DNA from: a virus
DNA: 64,000 nt
Direction: 5' to 3' (one strand)
IMG/VR virus record: IMGVR_UViG_3300044974_000806
The notes under the pieces were generated by a model. It did no database searches. It was not told where the DNA came from and was given only the letters and a program-made list of their open reading frames with translations. This document shows positions 20,695 through 30,598 of this stretch, in pieces (position 1 is the first letter of the stretch; every line of letters starts with the position of its first letter). The position numbers were made by a program, and so were the translations under genes.

Positions 20695-22771
20695 GAATAT
20701 AATTATAACGCCAGGTAGTGGTACAATCGATTTTTACGATTCAGGTAATACTTTAACGACATTAATTGTTGAATCAGGTAGCTTAAAATTTAAAAGAGCT
20801 GGGGGAACATACCTTGCTTTGGATAATACATATCCAAACTTTAAAGTTACTCTTGGTAATTTATATGTAGGAAACGCACTTCAAAATAACTTTGGAAATG
20901 TAATTAACTCTACAGGTTGGTTGGGAAATCCATTACCAACAGGTCCACAAGGTGCTCAAGGTTCACAAGGTGCTCAAGGTTCACAAGGACCCACAGGACC
21001 ACAAGGAGCCCAAGGTAATCAAGGGGCTCAAGGACCAACAGGGGCTCAAGGACCAGTTGGACCAACAGGTGCTCAAGGGCCACAAGGAGCTTTAGGTCCT
21101 CAAGGACCAACAGGTCCTCAAGGAGCACAGGGAGGACAAGGTGCACAGGGAAACCAAGGAGCACAGGGAAATACAGGTTCACAAGGAACTACAGGAGGAC
21201 AAGGAGCCCAAGGAACACAAGGACCGACAGGACCTCAAGGAGCCCAAGGAACTACAGGAGGACAAGGAGCCCAAGGAACACAAGGACCGACAGGACCACA
21301 AGGTGCTCAAGGAACAGGAGGTACCCAAGGAGCAACAGGACCAGTGGGTCCGCAAGGGTCACAAGGACCAACAGGACCACAAGGTGCTCAAGGAACAGTT
21401 GGACCATCACCAACAGGTGCTCAAGGGTCTCAGGGACCTGCAGGAGGACAAGGAGCTCAAGGTCCAAAAGGACCACAAGGTTCACAAGGACCTGTAGGAC
21501 CTCAAGGTTCACAAGGTGCGGTTGGAGCATCACCTGTAGGACCACAAGGGGCCCAAGGAACTGCAGGAGGACAAGGAGCTCAAGGTCCAAAAGGGCCACA
21601 AGGTTCACAAGGACCTGTAGGACCTCAAGGTTCCCAAGGAGCAGTCGGAGCATCACCTGTAGGACCACAAGGAGCCCAAGGACCTGGTGGAGTACAAGGA
21701 GCTCAAGGTCCAAAAGGACCGCAAGGTTCACAAGGACCAACAGGACCTCAAGGTTCCCAAGGAGCAGTCGGAGCATCACCTGTAGGACCACAAGGAGCCC
21801 AAGGACCTGGTGGAGGGCAAGGAGCCCAAGGTTCACAAGGACCTCAAGGTGCTCAAGGTCCAAAAGGACCACAAGGTGCCCAAGGTAATACGGGAGCATC
21901 ACCTGTAGGACCACAAGGAGCCCAAGGACCTGGTGGAGGACAAGGAGCCCAAGGTTCACAAGGACCTCAAGGTGCTCAAGGTCCAAAAGGACCACAAGGA
22001 GCCCAAGGTAATACAGGAGGTTCACCAGGAGGAGCCCAAGGTGCTCAAGGTGGTGGTGGAGGCCAAGGAGCTCCAGGACCTATAGGACCTCAAGGTGCTC
22101 AAGGACCAAAAGGACCACAAGGAGCCCAAGGTAATACAGGAGGTTCACCAGGAGGAGCCCAAGGTGCTCAAGGTGGTGGTGGAGGCCAAGGAGCCCAAGG
22201 AGCCCAAGGAGCAAAGGGTGCTCAAGGGGCTAAAGCGGTACCAGGAGCTCAAGGAGCTCAAGGAGTTCAACCGACATATGCTCAAGGTGCACAAGGTGCT
22301 CAAGGTATTAACAGAGGGGCTGGACCAACAGGTGCTCAAGGAGGAACAGGACCTGACAACCCTGGACCACAAGGTGCTCAAGGACCAGGAGGAGGTCCAG
22401 GACCAACAGGTTCACAAGGAGCAACAGGGTCGCCAGGACCTTCAGATGTTAGATTAAAGAAAAACATTAAAAAAATTGAAAGTCCGTTATCTAAGTTATT
22501 AAAATTAAGAGGTGTTTCATTCATTTGGAATTCCAAAAATCCAAACTTAGAGAATACAAAAGATATTGGTTTTGTGGCACAAGAAATTGCTCACGTTATA
22601 CCTGAATTAGTATTTAAAGAAAATAACGGAAAAGATTTATATAAAGTAAAATATGGTGATATAATAGCACTTTGTTTAGAAGCTGTTAAAGAACATGAAG
22701 AAATGATAAATTCTAAAGAAGAACGATTAAGTAAATTAGAATATAAGGCAAAAGAAAAGGGGTTAATCTAA
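20687..22771 (+). CDS. Collagen-like fibre protein 3 with a C-terminal Peptidase_S74 chaperone domain.
   Basis: GTG start giving MAENIIITP, a GXY array rich in GPQGAQG and GSPGGAQG, and [30 protein letters not shown]. It overlaps the upstream gene by 8 nt. Confidence 0.75.
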   Translation: MAENIIITPGSGTIDFYDSGNTLTTLIVESGSLKFKRAGGTYLALDNTYPNFKVTLGNLYVGNALQNNFGNVINSTGWLGNPLPTGPQGAQGSQGAQGSQGPTGPQGAQGNQGAQGPTGAQGPVGPTGAQGPQGALGPQGPTGPQGAQGGQGAQGNQGAQGNTGSQGTTGGQGAQGTQGPTGPQGAQGTTGGQGAQGTQGPTGPQGAQGTGGTQGATGPVGPQGSQGPTGPQGAQGTVGPSPTGAQGSQGPAGGQGAQGPKGPQGSQGPVGPQGSQGAVGASPVGPQGAQGTAGGQGAQGPKGPQGSQGPVGPQGSQGAVGASPVGPQGAQGPGGVQGAQGPKGPQGSQGPTGPQGSQGAVGASPVGPQGAQGPGGGQGAQGSQGPQGAQGPKGPQGAQGNTGASPVGPQGAQGPGGGQGAQGSQGPQGAQGPKGPQGAQGNTGGSPGGAQGAQGGGGGQGAPGPIGPQGAQGPKGPQGAQGNTGGSPGGAQGAQGGGGGQGAQGAQGAKGAQGAKAVPGAQGAQGVQPTYAQGAQGAQGINRGAGPTGAQGGTGPDNPGPQGAQGPGGGPGPTGSQGATGSPGPSDVRLKKNIKKIESPLSKLLKLRGVSFIWNSKNPNLENTKDIGFVAQEIAHVIPELVFKENNGKDLYKVKYGDIIALCLEAVKEHEEMINSKEERLSKLEYKAKEKGLI
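20935..22440. repeat. Tandem GXY-coding DNA repeat array.
   Basis: Repeated GGACCACAAGG / GTTGGAGCATCACCTGTAGG blocks. Confidence 0.85.
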
Positions 22772-22782
22772 ACCCCTTTTTT
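22755..22782. terminator. Bidirectional rho-independent terminator between convergent genes.
   Basis: AAAA-GGGGTT-aatcta-AACCCC-TTTTTT. The flanking A-run and T-run let it function on either strand. Confidence 0.6.
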
Positions 22783-23640
22783 ATTTATAATATTTTCTAT
22801 TTCTTCTTTGGTGTTGTACAACATTGTTAAGAATCTCGGCCAAATTTCAGGATTAAACTTTTTAATCAATTCAATATAAGTTTTGTAATACGGTTCTTCT
22901 TCACCAGTATTTAATAGTTCAATTGCATCAGGGTAATCTAAAGATATATTTGCAAGTAGTTTAGAAACTCTATTATCGTTAACACCTTCATCATTTATTC
23001 TACGTATAATATCCAAAGAAAGATTTGATAATTGTTCTCCTTTACCAAAATAATTCAAAATATTATTCAAAGATTTTAATAGATACTTTTTATTTTCTAA
23101 GTTTCTTAATCTATTTGCTCTTCTTGAAAACTCATTTACCAAACCTTCAAGGAATTCATTTGTAATTGCCCTGAATTCTATTTTGTGACCCCAATAATCT
23201 TTATCAGATTTCTCATTGTATGTAGATTGATATTTCATATTCATTCTATTTGATTGAGATGGGTCTGTGGCGTGCAACATTTCATGATATATGGTTAAGA
23301 ACAGATTTTTCTTTGAACCATACATTTTCGGATTTAACTGTATTACCAAATCCATAGGGTCTCTTGAACCTTTTGGTCGCGTATCTAACTCACCAAAATG
23401 AGGGTATCTTGGGTTGATATAAATTCTAACTAATGCATCTGTTCCATCAGAAGTTTTAAATTGAAGATGGTCAACTTGAGTTTTTTTATCATACTTTACA
23501 TTTCTATTTGACCATAACTTATCAGTCAACTCCACCAACTTTGTGTAAGTTTCTGGGTCAAACTTGAATCGTTTTTGTTCGGTAAGAACTGAGGATAGTA
23601 TGTTTATAAATTTAATCATCTGTCTAAATCTGTACTCCAA
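22768..23640 (-). CDS. Hypothetical protein with an HExxH motif. Possible zinc metallopeptidase.
   Basis: [15 protein letters not shown] contains HEMLH. It is otherwise unrecognised. Confidence 0.4.
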   Translation of the reverse strand: MEYRFRQMIKFINILSSVLTEQKRFKFDPETYTKLVELTDKLWSNRNVKYDKKTQVDHLQFKTSDGTDALVRIYINPRYPHFGELDTRPKGSRDPMDLVIQLNPKMYGSKKNLFLTIYHEMLHATDPSQSNRMNMKYQSTYNEKSDKDYWGHKIEFRAITNEFLEGLVNEFSRRANRLRNLENKKYLLKSLNNILNYFGKGEQLSNLSLDIIRRINDEGVNDNRVSKLLANISLDYPDAIELLNTGEEEPYYKTYIELIKKFNPEIWPRFLTMLYNTKEEIENIINKKGV

Positions 23641-24407
23641 TTAATAGGAATTCTTTTTGGTTTAATTTTTTTCGAATAACTATCAAAAGTATCTACGAAA
23701 GGTATCTGAGCTTTTTTGATGTCTTTAATTCTTTTCATCTCATCACCAATACCTGTAGATAAATAGGCTTGAATCTCATCATCCACCACATTTTCACCAT
23801 AACCCATCCCTGTTATTTTTCTTGAGATAATATCTCGTGTGTTAGGTGAAAGGTTTTCTATGTTAACCATTTGTTTTCTTTTATATATTGGCGACGAAAA
23901 CCATAAACCATGCGCAACTTCATGGAATATAAGTGAAGTGTCTTCACCATCACTTTGGTCTATCCCAATTAAATAAAAGTTTTCAGAACCAACCTTTTCT
24001 CTAATTGTATCAACAACACTAAACATAATAAGGTCGTAGAAGTTAAGGTCGGGGATTTTAGTTATACATGATTCTATTGAGGTACATGGTATATTATAGC
24101 CTGCCCAATCCTCATGATAAGAAAAGTAATCTTTTTTAGTTTTTTCTTTATAGAATTTAACATAGTCATACCATTTAAAACCTTTACCTCTGAATGTGTC
24201 TGAATCTGATTCATAGAACTCTTGGTATCTCATGAATACTCTGGCTCTTAACTTGTCGTCTTTGATAACAAGTGCAAAGATACCAGGTAACATTTCAAAC
24301 AACTCAATCTGAGAAAGGACATTCTTAATGTTTTTTGGCGGAGTTTTTGGAGGGGTAAAACCTCTCTGTTCTTTCAATATGGATAATATTTTATTTGTTA
24401 ATTCCAT
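23616..24407 (-). CDS. Hypothetical protein with an HExxH motif. Possible zinc metallopeptidase.
   Basis: SLIFHEVAHGLWFSSP contains HEVAH. It is adjacent to the other HExxH protein. Confidence 0.4.
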   Translation of the reverse strand: MELTNKILSILKEQRGFTPPKTPPKNIKNVLSQIELFEMLPGIFALVIKDDKLRARVFMRYQEFYESDSDTFRGKGFKWYDYVKFYKEKTKKDYFSYHEDWAGYNIPCTSIESCITKIPDLNFYDLIMFSVVDTIREKVGSENFYLIGIDQSDGEDTSLIFHEVAHGLWFSSPIYKRKQMVNIENLSPNTRDIISRKITGMGYGENVVDDEIQAYLSTGIGDEMKRIKDIKKAQIPFVDTFDSYSKKIKPKRIPINWSTDLDR

Positions 24408-25411
24408 TAAATAAAATCTTGAAAATACATGTTAATATTTTTGTCAACTAATCTTGAATCAGGGTAGTCAGGAGGATATACACTCAGACAATCTACATAT
24501 TCATCTAATATAGATATGTATGAACCCCAGTATTCTAATGTGCCCGAATTACCATATCCTTTATTATCGTTCAAATAGTCTAGTATAACGGTATCAAAAT
24601 TACTTGCTACAGGGATTTTAAATATTTCAACCATCGTGTCTTTCTTATAAGTGTGAGGTCTTGAAGTCCATTCACCTTTACCGTTGAAATATTCATTAAT
24701 TTTGTCAAAAATATCTTCGTAAACTTCTGATTCGTAGGCTGAATTATATGAGTTACTATGGATTGAATATAATTCTGACTTCAAATCTTCTAAAACATTA
24801 TCCAATAAATAATCCATGGAATCTTTGTCATCAATAATTCTTTTTACATTTTCTGAGGTAATGATTGCGAATTCAGGATGACCTTGCTCAGAAGCAATCA
24901 ATTCCAACTCTTCACTCTCAGGCTCAACTTCTCTACCATTTAAAGTATCAACAACATATTCCTGTAATCTTTTATCATTCTCAGGTGTTAACTCTTCTAT
25001 CACATCTCTGTGAACATCATCTGTGGTGTCCCAATACGGTTCCCAAACGTCACCATCACCAGATAAAACTTGCTCAATGGTATCTCTACTAATATCGTTT
25101 CTACCTGAACAAAATAACTTTGATAAACTACCTCTATCCGTTGTTTCTAAAAATATGTTTCCGTTACCATCCATTGTTAAATCACTATTCAACAACCTAA
25201 CAACATATTCGTAGAATTTTTTTCTATCTTCTTCGTAAAGCCAAATAAGATATTCATTTTGCCAATCTTCTGAGTCAGGAGCTGTGGGGTCCACCAAAGA
25301 CATATAACCCCTTTTCTTCAAAATACTGAAAAAGGTACCATAGTCGTTAAAATACTTTGTAACGTCTAAATCTCCGTTATTAAAATCATCTACGATTTCT
25401 TCGAATGTCAT
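24407..25411 (-). CDS. Acidic hypothetical protein.
   Basis: ORF of 334 aa that is Asp/Glu/Tyr-rich. Confidence 0.45.
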   Translation of the reverse strand: MTFEEIVDDFNNGDLDVTKYFNDYGTFFSILKKRGYMSLVDPTAPDSEDWQNEYLIWLYEEDRKKFYEYVVRLLNSDLTMDGNGNIFLETTDRGSLSKLFCSGRNDISRDTIEQVLSGDGDVWEPYWDTTDDVHRDVIEELTPENDKRLQEYVVDTLNGREVEPESEELELIASEQGHPEFAIITSENVKRIIDDKDSMDYLLDNVLEDLKSELYSIHSNSYNSAYESEVYEDIFDKINEYFNGKGEWTSRPHTYKKDTMVEIFKIPVASNFDTVILDYLNDNKGYGNSGTLEYWGSYISILDEYVDCLSVYPPDYPDSRLVDKNINMYFQDFI

Positions 25412-25719
25412 ACTAATAAATACAAAAAAAGGGACAAATTTTTGTCCCTTTCACTAATTTTGGAGAAATCTGTTATTTAGAAGATTTGTTTACGTTGTAA
25501 TACTTCTCAACAGTTTTCTTAATTGCAGCCTTAATACTCTCTGATTGTTGTTGTTTTACTAACTGAGCAGCTTGTTGTTGCTGTTGAGTTTGAGGCTGTG
25601 ATTGATTGTTATTTTTGCATCCGCATCCCATATTGATATATTTTTGTTTTGTTTATGTCTATAAATAGTTCCTGACTCTAATTATAATATACAAAAGATA
25701 TTTATTAAATAAAAGACTA

Positions 25720-27477
25720 ATGGATTTTTTAAAATTGATACAAGAAGGTAGGGTTGAGGATTTCAAATCCAAGTATAGTAATAAGTTTTCACCAGAACAA
25801 CTTAAAAGGATTGTTGATTCAGTTCCTCATAAATATTTGATGTGGGTTGGTAAAACGTTTGATGGAATCAACTTTGAAGAAAACTTTCCAAAATTATATA
25901 ACTCATTAAACAAGTTCACAAAACTATCAACAAACCTACCAAAAACAGACATCAATCAGTATCAAAATTTAGATGACCTTCTAAATGCTATTTCTGTTTA
26001 TGAAAATAGAGAAAGAAGAGATGTGAAAAAAGTTGAGGGTGGTAATGTTGTTTATGACGATGGTAAACTATTCGTTGTTAATCCGTTAGATTATAAAGCC
26101 TCTTGTTATTACGGTAAAGGCACCAAATGGTGTACCGCTGCTGAGACAGACACACAGTTTAAAAAATACAACGAAGATGGTAAGTTGTTTTATATTATAG
26201 ACAGAACCAAACCAACAAGTGACCCACTATATAAAGTTGCGTTATTAAGAAAATTTGATGGGGAAAAAAAATACTTTGATGCAAAAGATGAATATGTAAA
26301 ATCAGGATGGATTTTTGGTACAAAACAATTGAATGATTTGGATAAGACTGTGGACCAATACTTACAAAGTGAGTTTGCGGAGCAGTTAAAGATATTCAAC
26401 GACATAGAACTTGCAAAAAAAGAAAAAGAAAGATTACGTAAATTGGAAATTAATAGGATATTAAACCAAAGACGTGAAGAAGCACAAGAAAGAAGATTGG
26501 ACGGAGATTGGGATTTGAGTAATCCTGATATTGATGAGATTGGACTCAAAGCTCAGGCGTTATTAGAATATTTGGTGGATAATGGGGACGCTCAAGTTTT
26601 AACTAATGAACAAAAAATCGAGATTCAAAGAATCAAAGACGAGATAGAAAGACTTAATACGGAGTATAATGATAGTGAAGATGTAAGAACTGACCTTTTA
26701 ACTCAAATAGAAGAGTTAGAAGATGAATTAGATGATTATGATTCTTACATTGATGTTTATAATATTATACCCGCTGGCGGTTTTTACGATACAACTGAAT
26801 TTGAAGTTATTGATAGTGAGGTTGACAACAACCGATATGCTGTTGGTACAGATAGTGAAATGCAATCAAGTTGTGAGGAGTATATTGAAAACCTTATAGA
26901 TGATATAGGTTATGAAGGGTTTAACGCTGGTTTTGCTAAAGGTTATTTAGATGAAGATGCAATTGCAAATGAAGCTGAAGACATTTATGAAAATGATGTA
27001 AGGGATAATCCTGAGGCATATTTTGATGATAGTCAAAGGATGTTGTCTGATGCTCAAGAAGAAAGAATTAGAATTTTGGAATATACTATTCAGAAGGTAA
27101 ACAAAACAATAGACCAGTTCGAATCAATGATGGACGGGGAAAATGATGATGCAATCCAAGAAAAAATAGAAGAACTACAGGAAAGATTGGAAGAGTATGA
27201 TTCTGAGATTGAAGAAATAAAGGACGACCCTGAAGGTGATTTTCCTGATGAATTGATAGATGATAAAGTAAGTGATTTGGTTAGTGATGTAAAAAGTGAC
27301 CCTGAGTGGTTTTTATCTGAATTTGGTCTTAATTGGGATGATTATGTAAATAAAGAAGAGTTTATTCAAGGAGTTATAGACGCTGACGGTTATGGACATA
27401 CAATCAATAGTTATGATGGAAGTGCTGATGAGATATATGTAAATGACCAGTTATTTTACGTAATGAGAATTGATTAA
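25720..27477 (+). CDS. Large acidic coiled-coil hypothetical protein.
   Basis: 585 aa protein with an extended Glu/Asp-rich coiled-coil centre. Confidence 0.5.
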   Translation: MDFLKLIQEGRVEDFKSKYSNKFSPEQLKRIVDSVPHKYLMWVGKTFDGINFEENFPKLYNSLNKFTKLSTNLPKTDINQYQNLDDLLNAISVYENRERRDVKKVEGGNVVYDDGKLFVVNPLDYKASCYYGKGTKWCTAAETDTQFKKYNEDGKLFYIIDRTKPTSDPLYKVALLRKFDGEKKYFDAKDEYVKSGWIFGTKQLNDLDKTVDQYLQSEFAEQLKIFNDIELAKKEKERLRKLEINRILNQRREEAQERRLDGDWDLSNPDIDEIGLKAQALLEYLVDNGDAQVLTNEQKIEIQRIKDEIERLNTEYNDSEDVRTDLLTQIEELEDELDDYDSYIDVYNIIPAGGFYDTTEFEVIDSEVDNNRYAVGTDSEMQSSCEEYIENLIDDIGYEGFNAGFAKGYLDEDAIANEAEDIYENDVRDNPEAYFDDSQRMLSDAQEERIRILEYTIQKVNKTIDQFESMMDGENDDAIQEKIEELQERLEEYDSEIEEIKDDPEGDFPDELIDDKVSDLVSDVKSDPEWFLSEFGLNWDDYVNKEEFIQGVIDADGYGHTINSYDGSADEIYVNDQLFYVMRID

Positions 27478-27503
27478 TATTTTTAAACCATTATAATTTT
27501 CAC

Positions 27504-28283
27504 ATGGGTAGAAAGAAAAAAATGTCATTCAAATTAAATCCAGAGTGGATGTATAAAGAACCTTTGGATTTTGAATATAACAAATATACATTATTAGATT
27601 ACTTACAAAAGTGTGATAAGAGCTTTGATAAGTTCGAGTTATATCCAAATTTTGTTGAGTTGTCATTACACTTGGCAAACATTCAATCCATAGTTAAAGA
27701 AAATACCCTATTACTTACTGATAAAAAATTTGAATCATTTGATGATGAAATATTGGTTAAAGAACTTATACCAAAAAAACCAAGAAAACTTTCAGAAGAT
27801 GAGGAGGATGAATTAGACAAAACAATCAAATTTTCAGGACCAAAATTATTTGACGCATTTAACATTGCAAAATCAATTTGGAATATTGCATTTGAATCTA
27901 TTGATTTGTATCTAAGAAAGAATCGAAAAAATTTAGTGGCGGGAACTGGATATATTTTCTTTTATAGAAAACAAATTGAAAAGTTATATGTTTGGGAGTA
28001 TGAAATTAAAACAGACAAGAAAGATAAGTCAACTAATAGGACTTATTTAAATTTAATATACGAAGGAGTTGCTGACGAGATACCTTTATCAGAAATTATT
28101 GATACATTTTCAAAATGGAATCAAACTGAATACTACAAAGAACTTCCAATCTTTGAGATTAGATGTTCACAAAATTTTCCGTTTGAGGAAACAATGGTCC
28201 CAATTATAAAGAGAAAAGTTATGTCTTATATTTTTCAAGTTGTTAATACTGAAAAAATAAATAACTTTGACTCTGACAATTAA
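27504..28283 (+). CDS. Hypothetical protein.
   Basis: ORF of 259 aa. Confidence 0.45.
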   Translation: MGRKKKMSFKLNPEWMYKEPLDFEYNKYTLLDYLQKCDKSFDKFELYPNFVELSLHLANIQSIVKENTLLLTDKKFESFDDEILVKELIPKKPRKLSEDEEDELDKTIKFSGPKLFDAFNIAKSIWNIAFESIDLYLRKNRKNLVAGTGYIFFYRKQIEKLYVWEYEIKTDKKDKSTNRTYLNLIYEGVADEIPLSEIIDTFSKWNQTEYYKELPIFEIRCSQNFPFEETMVPIIKRKVMSYIFQVVNTEKINNFDSDN

Positions 28284-29181
28284 TTTTACTATAATTCATT
28301 CATGGGATTCAATAAACGATGGGTCGACCTTGACCGATGTATTAACGCCTTAAAAGTAGGTAAACTCAGAGAGTATTACGGTAAGAGTGATATGTTAGTT
28401 TTCGAGGACGACACTAGCTCATTAATATATGATTTGTACATCCAAGGAAAAACGGATGAAGAAATATTAATTATTATTAACAAACAAAACACGGAGGAAA
28501 AAACCAATGAAGTGCATCAAATCAATCAAAGCAACTAAAAACACCGAAGTAGGTGTTTTTATGAGAACCAGCGAAATCGAGGCTGAAAGTAAAGTTAAAA
28601 CAGGTTATTGGGCATACGCACCAAAGTCTGAGTATAAGTCGTGGAAAAGAGGTACAACTACCGAAGAACCACAATCAACTGAAAAAAAGAAAGATAATCC
28701 AAAACAAATGAATGGTGTAGAAACCGCAGAAACATTTGTAAAAACAAGAAAAAAATCTAAATAATGGACAAGAAACTAGTCAAAATGTTAAAGACCTCAG
28801 CAGAGGCAGATAAAGCTAAAGCGTTATTAACCTTAGATTTATTAGGAAACAGAGGTGTTGGAATCGGAGACCACTCAACTAAAGATTTCTATAACAACGC
28901 TGAAGAAGCATTACACATGTTAATCGATGCTGACGATAGATTAGATGCTATCGAAAAGTATTTTGAGTCTAAATAAACTTTGGAAGATTTTATATTCACA
29001 ATGATAATAATTGTGGGGATATTCTCCATTGGTTATTACATTGGTAAAAGAGACGCAAGATAAATGAAAAAGTTTTTTAAAAAATTGGAGTTTTGGTTTG
29101 ACCTATACTTTGTATATTTTTTATACAATGGTAATAAGACACACAAATACTACGAATACATGGAAAAAAAATGGGGTAAAA

Positions 29182-29406
29182 ATGAGTAAAGAAATGGTAA
29201 ATGGTCCTGCTCATTATGGTGGAGCGGATAACCCATATGAAGTAATTAAAGTGTGCGAGGCTTGGGATTTAGATAAAGACGCATACCTGTTCAACGTTGT
29301 CAAATACGTTGCGAGGGCTGGTAAGAAAGACGAAACTAAAGAACTTGAAGACCTTAAGAAGGCTGCGTTCTATTTAGACAGAAAAATTCAAAACCTTCAG
29401 AAATGA
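29182..29406 (+). CDS. DUF3310-family small phage protein. The start has been trimmed to MSKEMV.
   Basis: NGPAHYGGADNPYEVIKVCEAWDLD...NVVKYVARAGKKD...AAFYLDRKI matches the DUF3310 pattern common in phages. Confidence 0.5.
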   Translation: MSKEMVNGPAHYGGADNPYEVIKVCEAWDLDKDAYLFNVVKYVARAGKKDETKELEDLKKAAFYLDRKIQNLQK

Positions 29407-29837
29407 TAATTTGGTTTACAGGACAACCTGGTTCAGGAAAGACAACAATTTGTAAAAGAATTCTTTGGGACAAGCCAGGTGTTTTCCATATTGATGGTGA
29501 TGACCTAAGAGACCTTTTTGATAACAAAGATTATTCAGAGTTAGGTAGAAGAAAAAATGTTGAATTAGCTCAACAAATTGCCCATTACCTCCACAAAAAA
29601 GGTAAAGACGTGGTTGTCTCATTGGTTTCTCCATACAAAGACCAAAGAGATAAGTTCAAAGAAAAGATTGGTCATAATATGTTTGAGGTTTATGTCCATA
29701 CTTCTGAAATAAGAGGACGAGAAGATTTCTTTGTAAAGGAATATGGACAACCAACTGAAAACTACTTGGATATCGACACAACAAACGAAAGTGTTGAAGA
29801 ATCCATAAAAAAAGTTTTAGATTACGTAAAAAAATAA
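29403..29837 (+). CDS. cysC: Adenylyl-sulfate (APS) kinase-like P-loop kinase, CysC family.
   Basis: IWFTGQPGSGKTTI (Walker A), HIDGDDLRDLF (compare LDGDNxR) and VVVSLVSPYKDQRD (compare ISPY..DR). The protein is about 144 aa, slightly shorter than canonical CysC. Confidence 0.6.
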   Translation: MIIWFTGQPGSGKTTICKRILWDKPGVFHIDGDDLRDLFDNKDYSELGRRKNVELAQQIAHYLHKKGKDVVVSLVSPYKDQRDKFKEKIGHNMFEVYVHTSEIRGREDFFVKEYGQPTENYLDIDTTNESVEESIKKVLDYVKK

Positions 29838-29840
29838 TTT

Positions 29841-30596
29841 ATGATTGACTTAACTATATTTGAAAAACTTAAAACATCATACCAAGGGGCTTATCCATTT
29901 CCTTATGTTGTGATTGATAACTTCCTACCAGAATTTATTATGACCAAATGTCTTGAGGAGTTACAGAATCATAAGGAGTGGAGTAGTAACAAAATGGAAT
30001 GGGTTGAACCATTCCAAGTAAATAAATTCTTTATCCCTGATGAAAAAGATGATATCGAATATGTTAAATCAAAAGTGCCGATTACATCGCTTATACTTGA
30101 TTACTTGAACACCCCTGAATTTCTGAAACATTTGGAGAATTTGACAGGTATTAAGAAATTATTTAGAGACCCTTTATTAATGGGTGGAGGTGTTCACAAG
30201 ATAAATAAGGGTGGGAAATTATCCATTCATATTGATTACAACAATCATCCAATCACGAAACATAGGAGAAAATTAAACTTATTAATTTATCTTAATAAAG
30301 ATTGGGATAAAAATTGGGGGAGTAATTTAGAACTTTGGGATAAAGAACTGACAAAAAAAGTTATAGAGGTTGAACCAATATTCAACAGAGCTGTTATTTT
30401 TACAATAGATGGTGCACCACACGGACATCCACACCCATTGAACTGTCCTGAAAACGTTTCAAGGTATTCTTTGGCGTTGTATTATTTTATTGATGAAGAA
30501 CCTGAAGAAAAACATTCAGTGATTTTTTATAGAAACGATGAAGTTGGTATTACGGATAATAATAACAGTTATGATAAAATTTTTAAAACAAACTAA
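29841..30596 (+). CDS. Prolyl-4-hydroxylase-like 2OG-Fe(II) oxygenase.
   Basis: P4Hc-like N-terminus YVVIDNFLPEFIMTKCLEEL, HxD in SIHIDYN, RKLNLLIYLNKDWDKNWGSNLELW (compare R.T.L.YLN..W..GG.L), and a distal His in GAPHGHPHP. Confidence 0.6.
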   Translation: MIDLTIFEKLKTSYQGAYPFPYVVIDNFLPEFIMTKCLEELQNHKEWSSNKMEWVEPFQVNKFFIPDEKDDIEYVKSKVPITSLILDYLNTPEFLKHLENLTGIKKLFRDPLLMGGGVHKINKGGKLSIHIDYNNHPITKHRRKLNLLIYLNKDWDKNWGSNLELWDKELTKKVIEVEPIFNRAVIFTIDGAPHGHPHPLNCPENVSRYSLALYYFIDEEPEEKHSVIFYRNDEVGITDNNNSYDKIFKTN

Positions 30597-30598
30597 CT

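Noticed and set aside
16298-22381. Numerous long ORFs antisense to, or in alternate frames of, the collagen-like genes (for example 16452..17000-, 17034..17522-, 19442..20350-, 21252..22025-, 16431..16832+, 18881..19339+).
   Set aside because: They are a by-product of the 9-nt periodic GXY-coding repeats. The products are monotonous Leu/Val/His or Gln/Lys/Glu polymers with no starts in a sensible context. The sense frames have conserved N- and C-terminal domains.
16380-22440. Possible CRISPR array, given the regular short repeats.
   Set aside because: The repeats are contiguous, in frame and coding (Gly-X-Y). There are no unique spacers of uniform length, no leader and no cas genes.
29403-29837. 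Alternative call of the P-loop protein as a generic AAA or nucleoside kinase (dNMP kinase, shikimate kinase) rather than APS kinase.
   Set aside because: Not fully rejected. The DGDxxR and SPY..QRD blocks specifically mirror CysC motifs, and the sulfotransferase context favours APS kinase. The protein is about 30 aa shorter than canonical CysC, so confidence is kept moderate.
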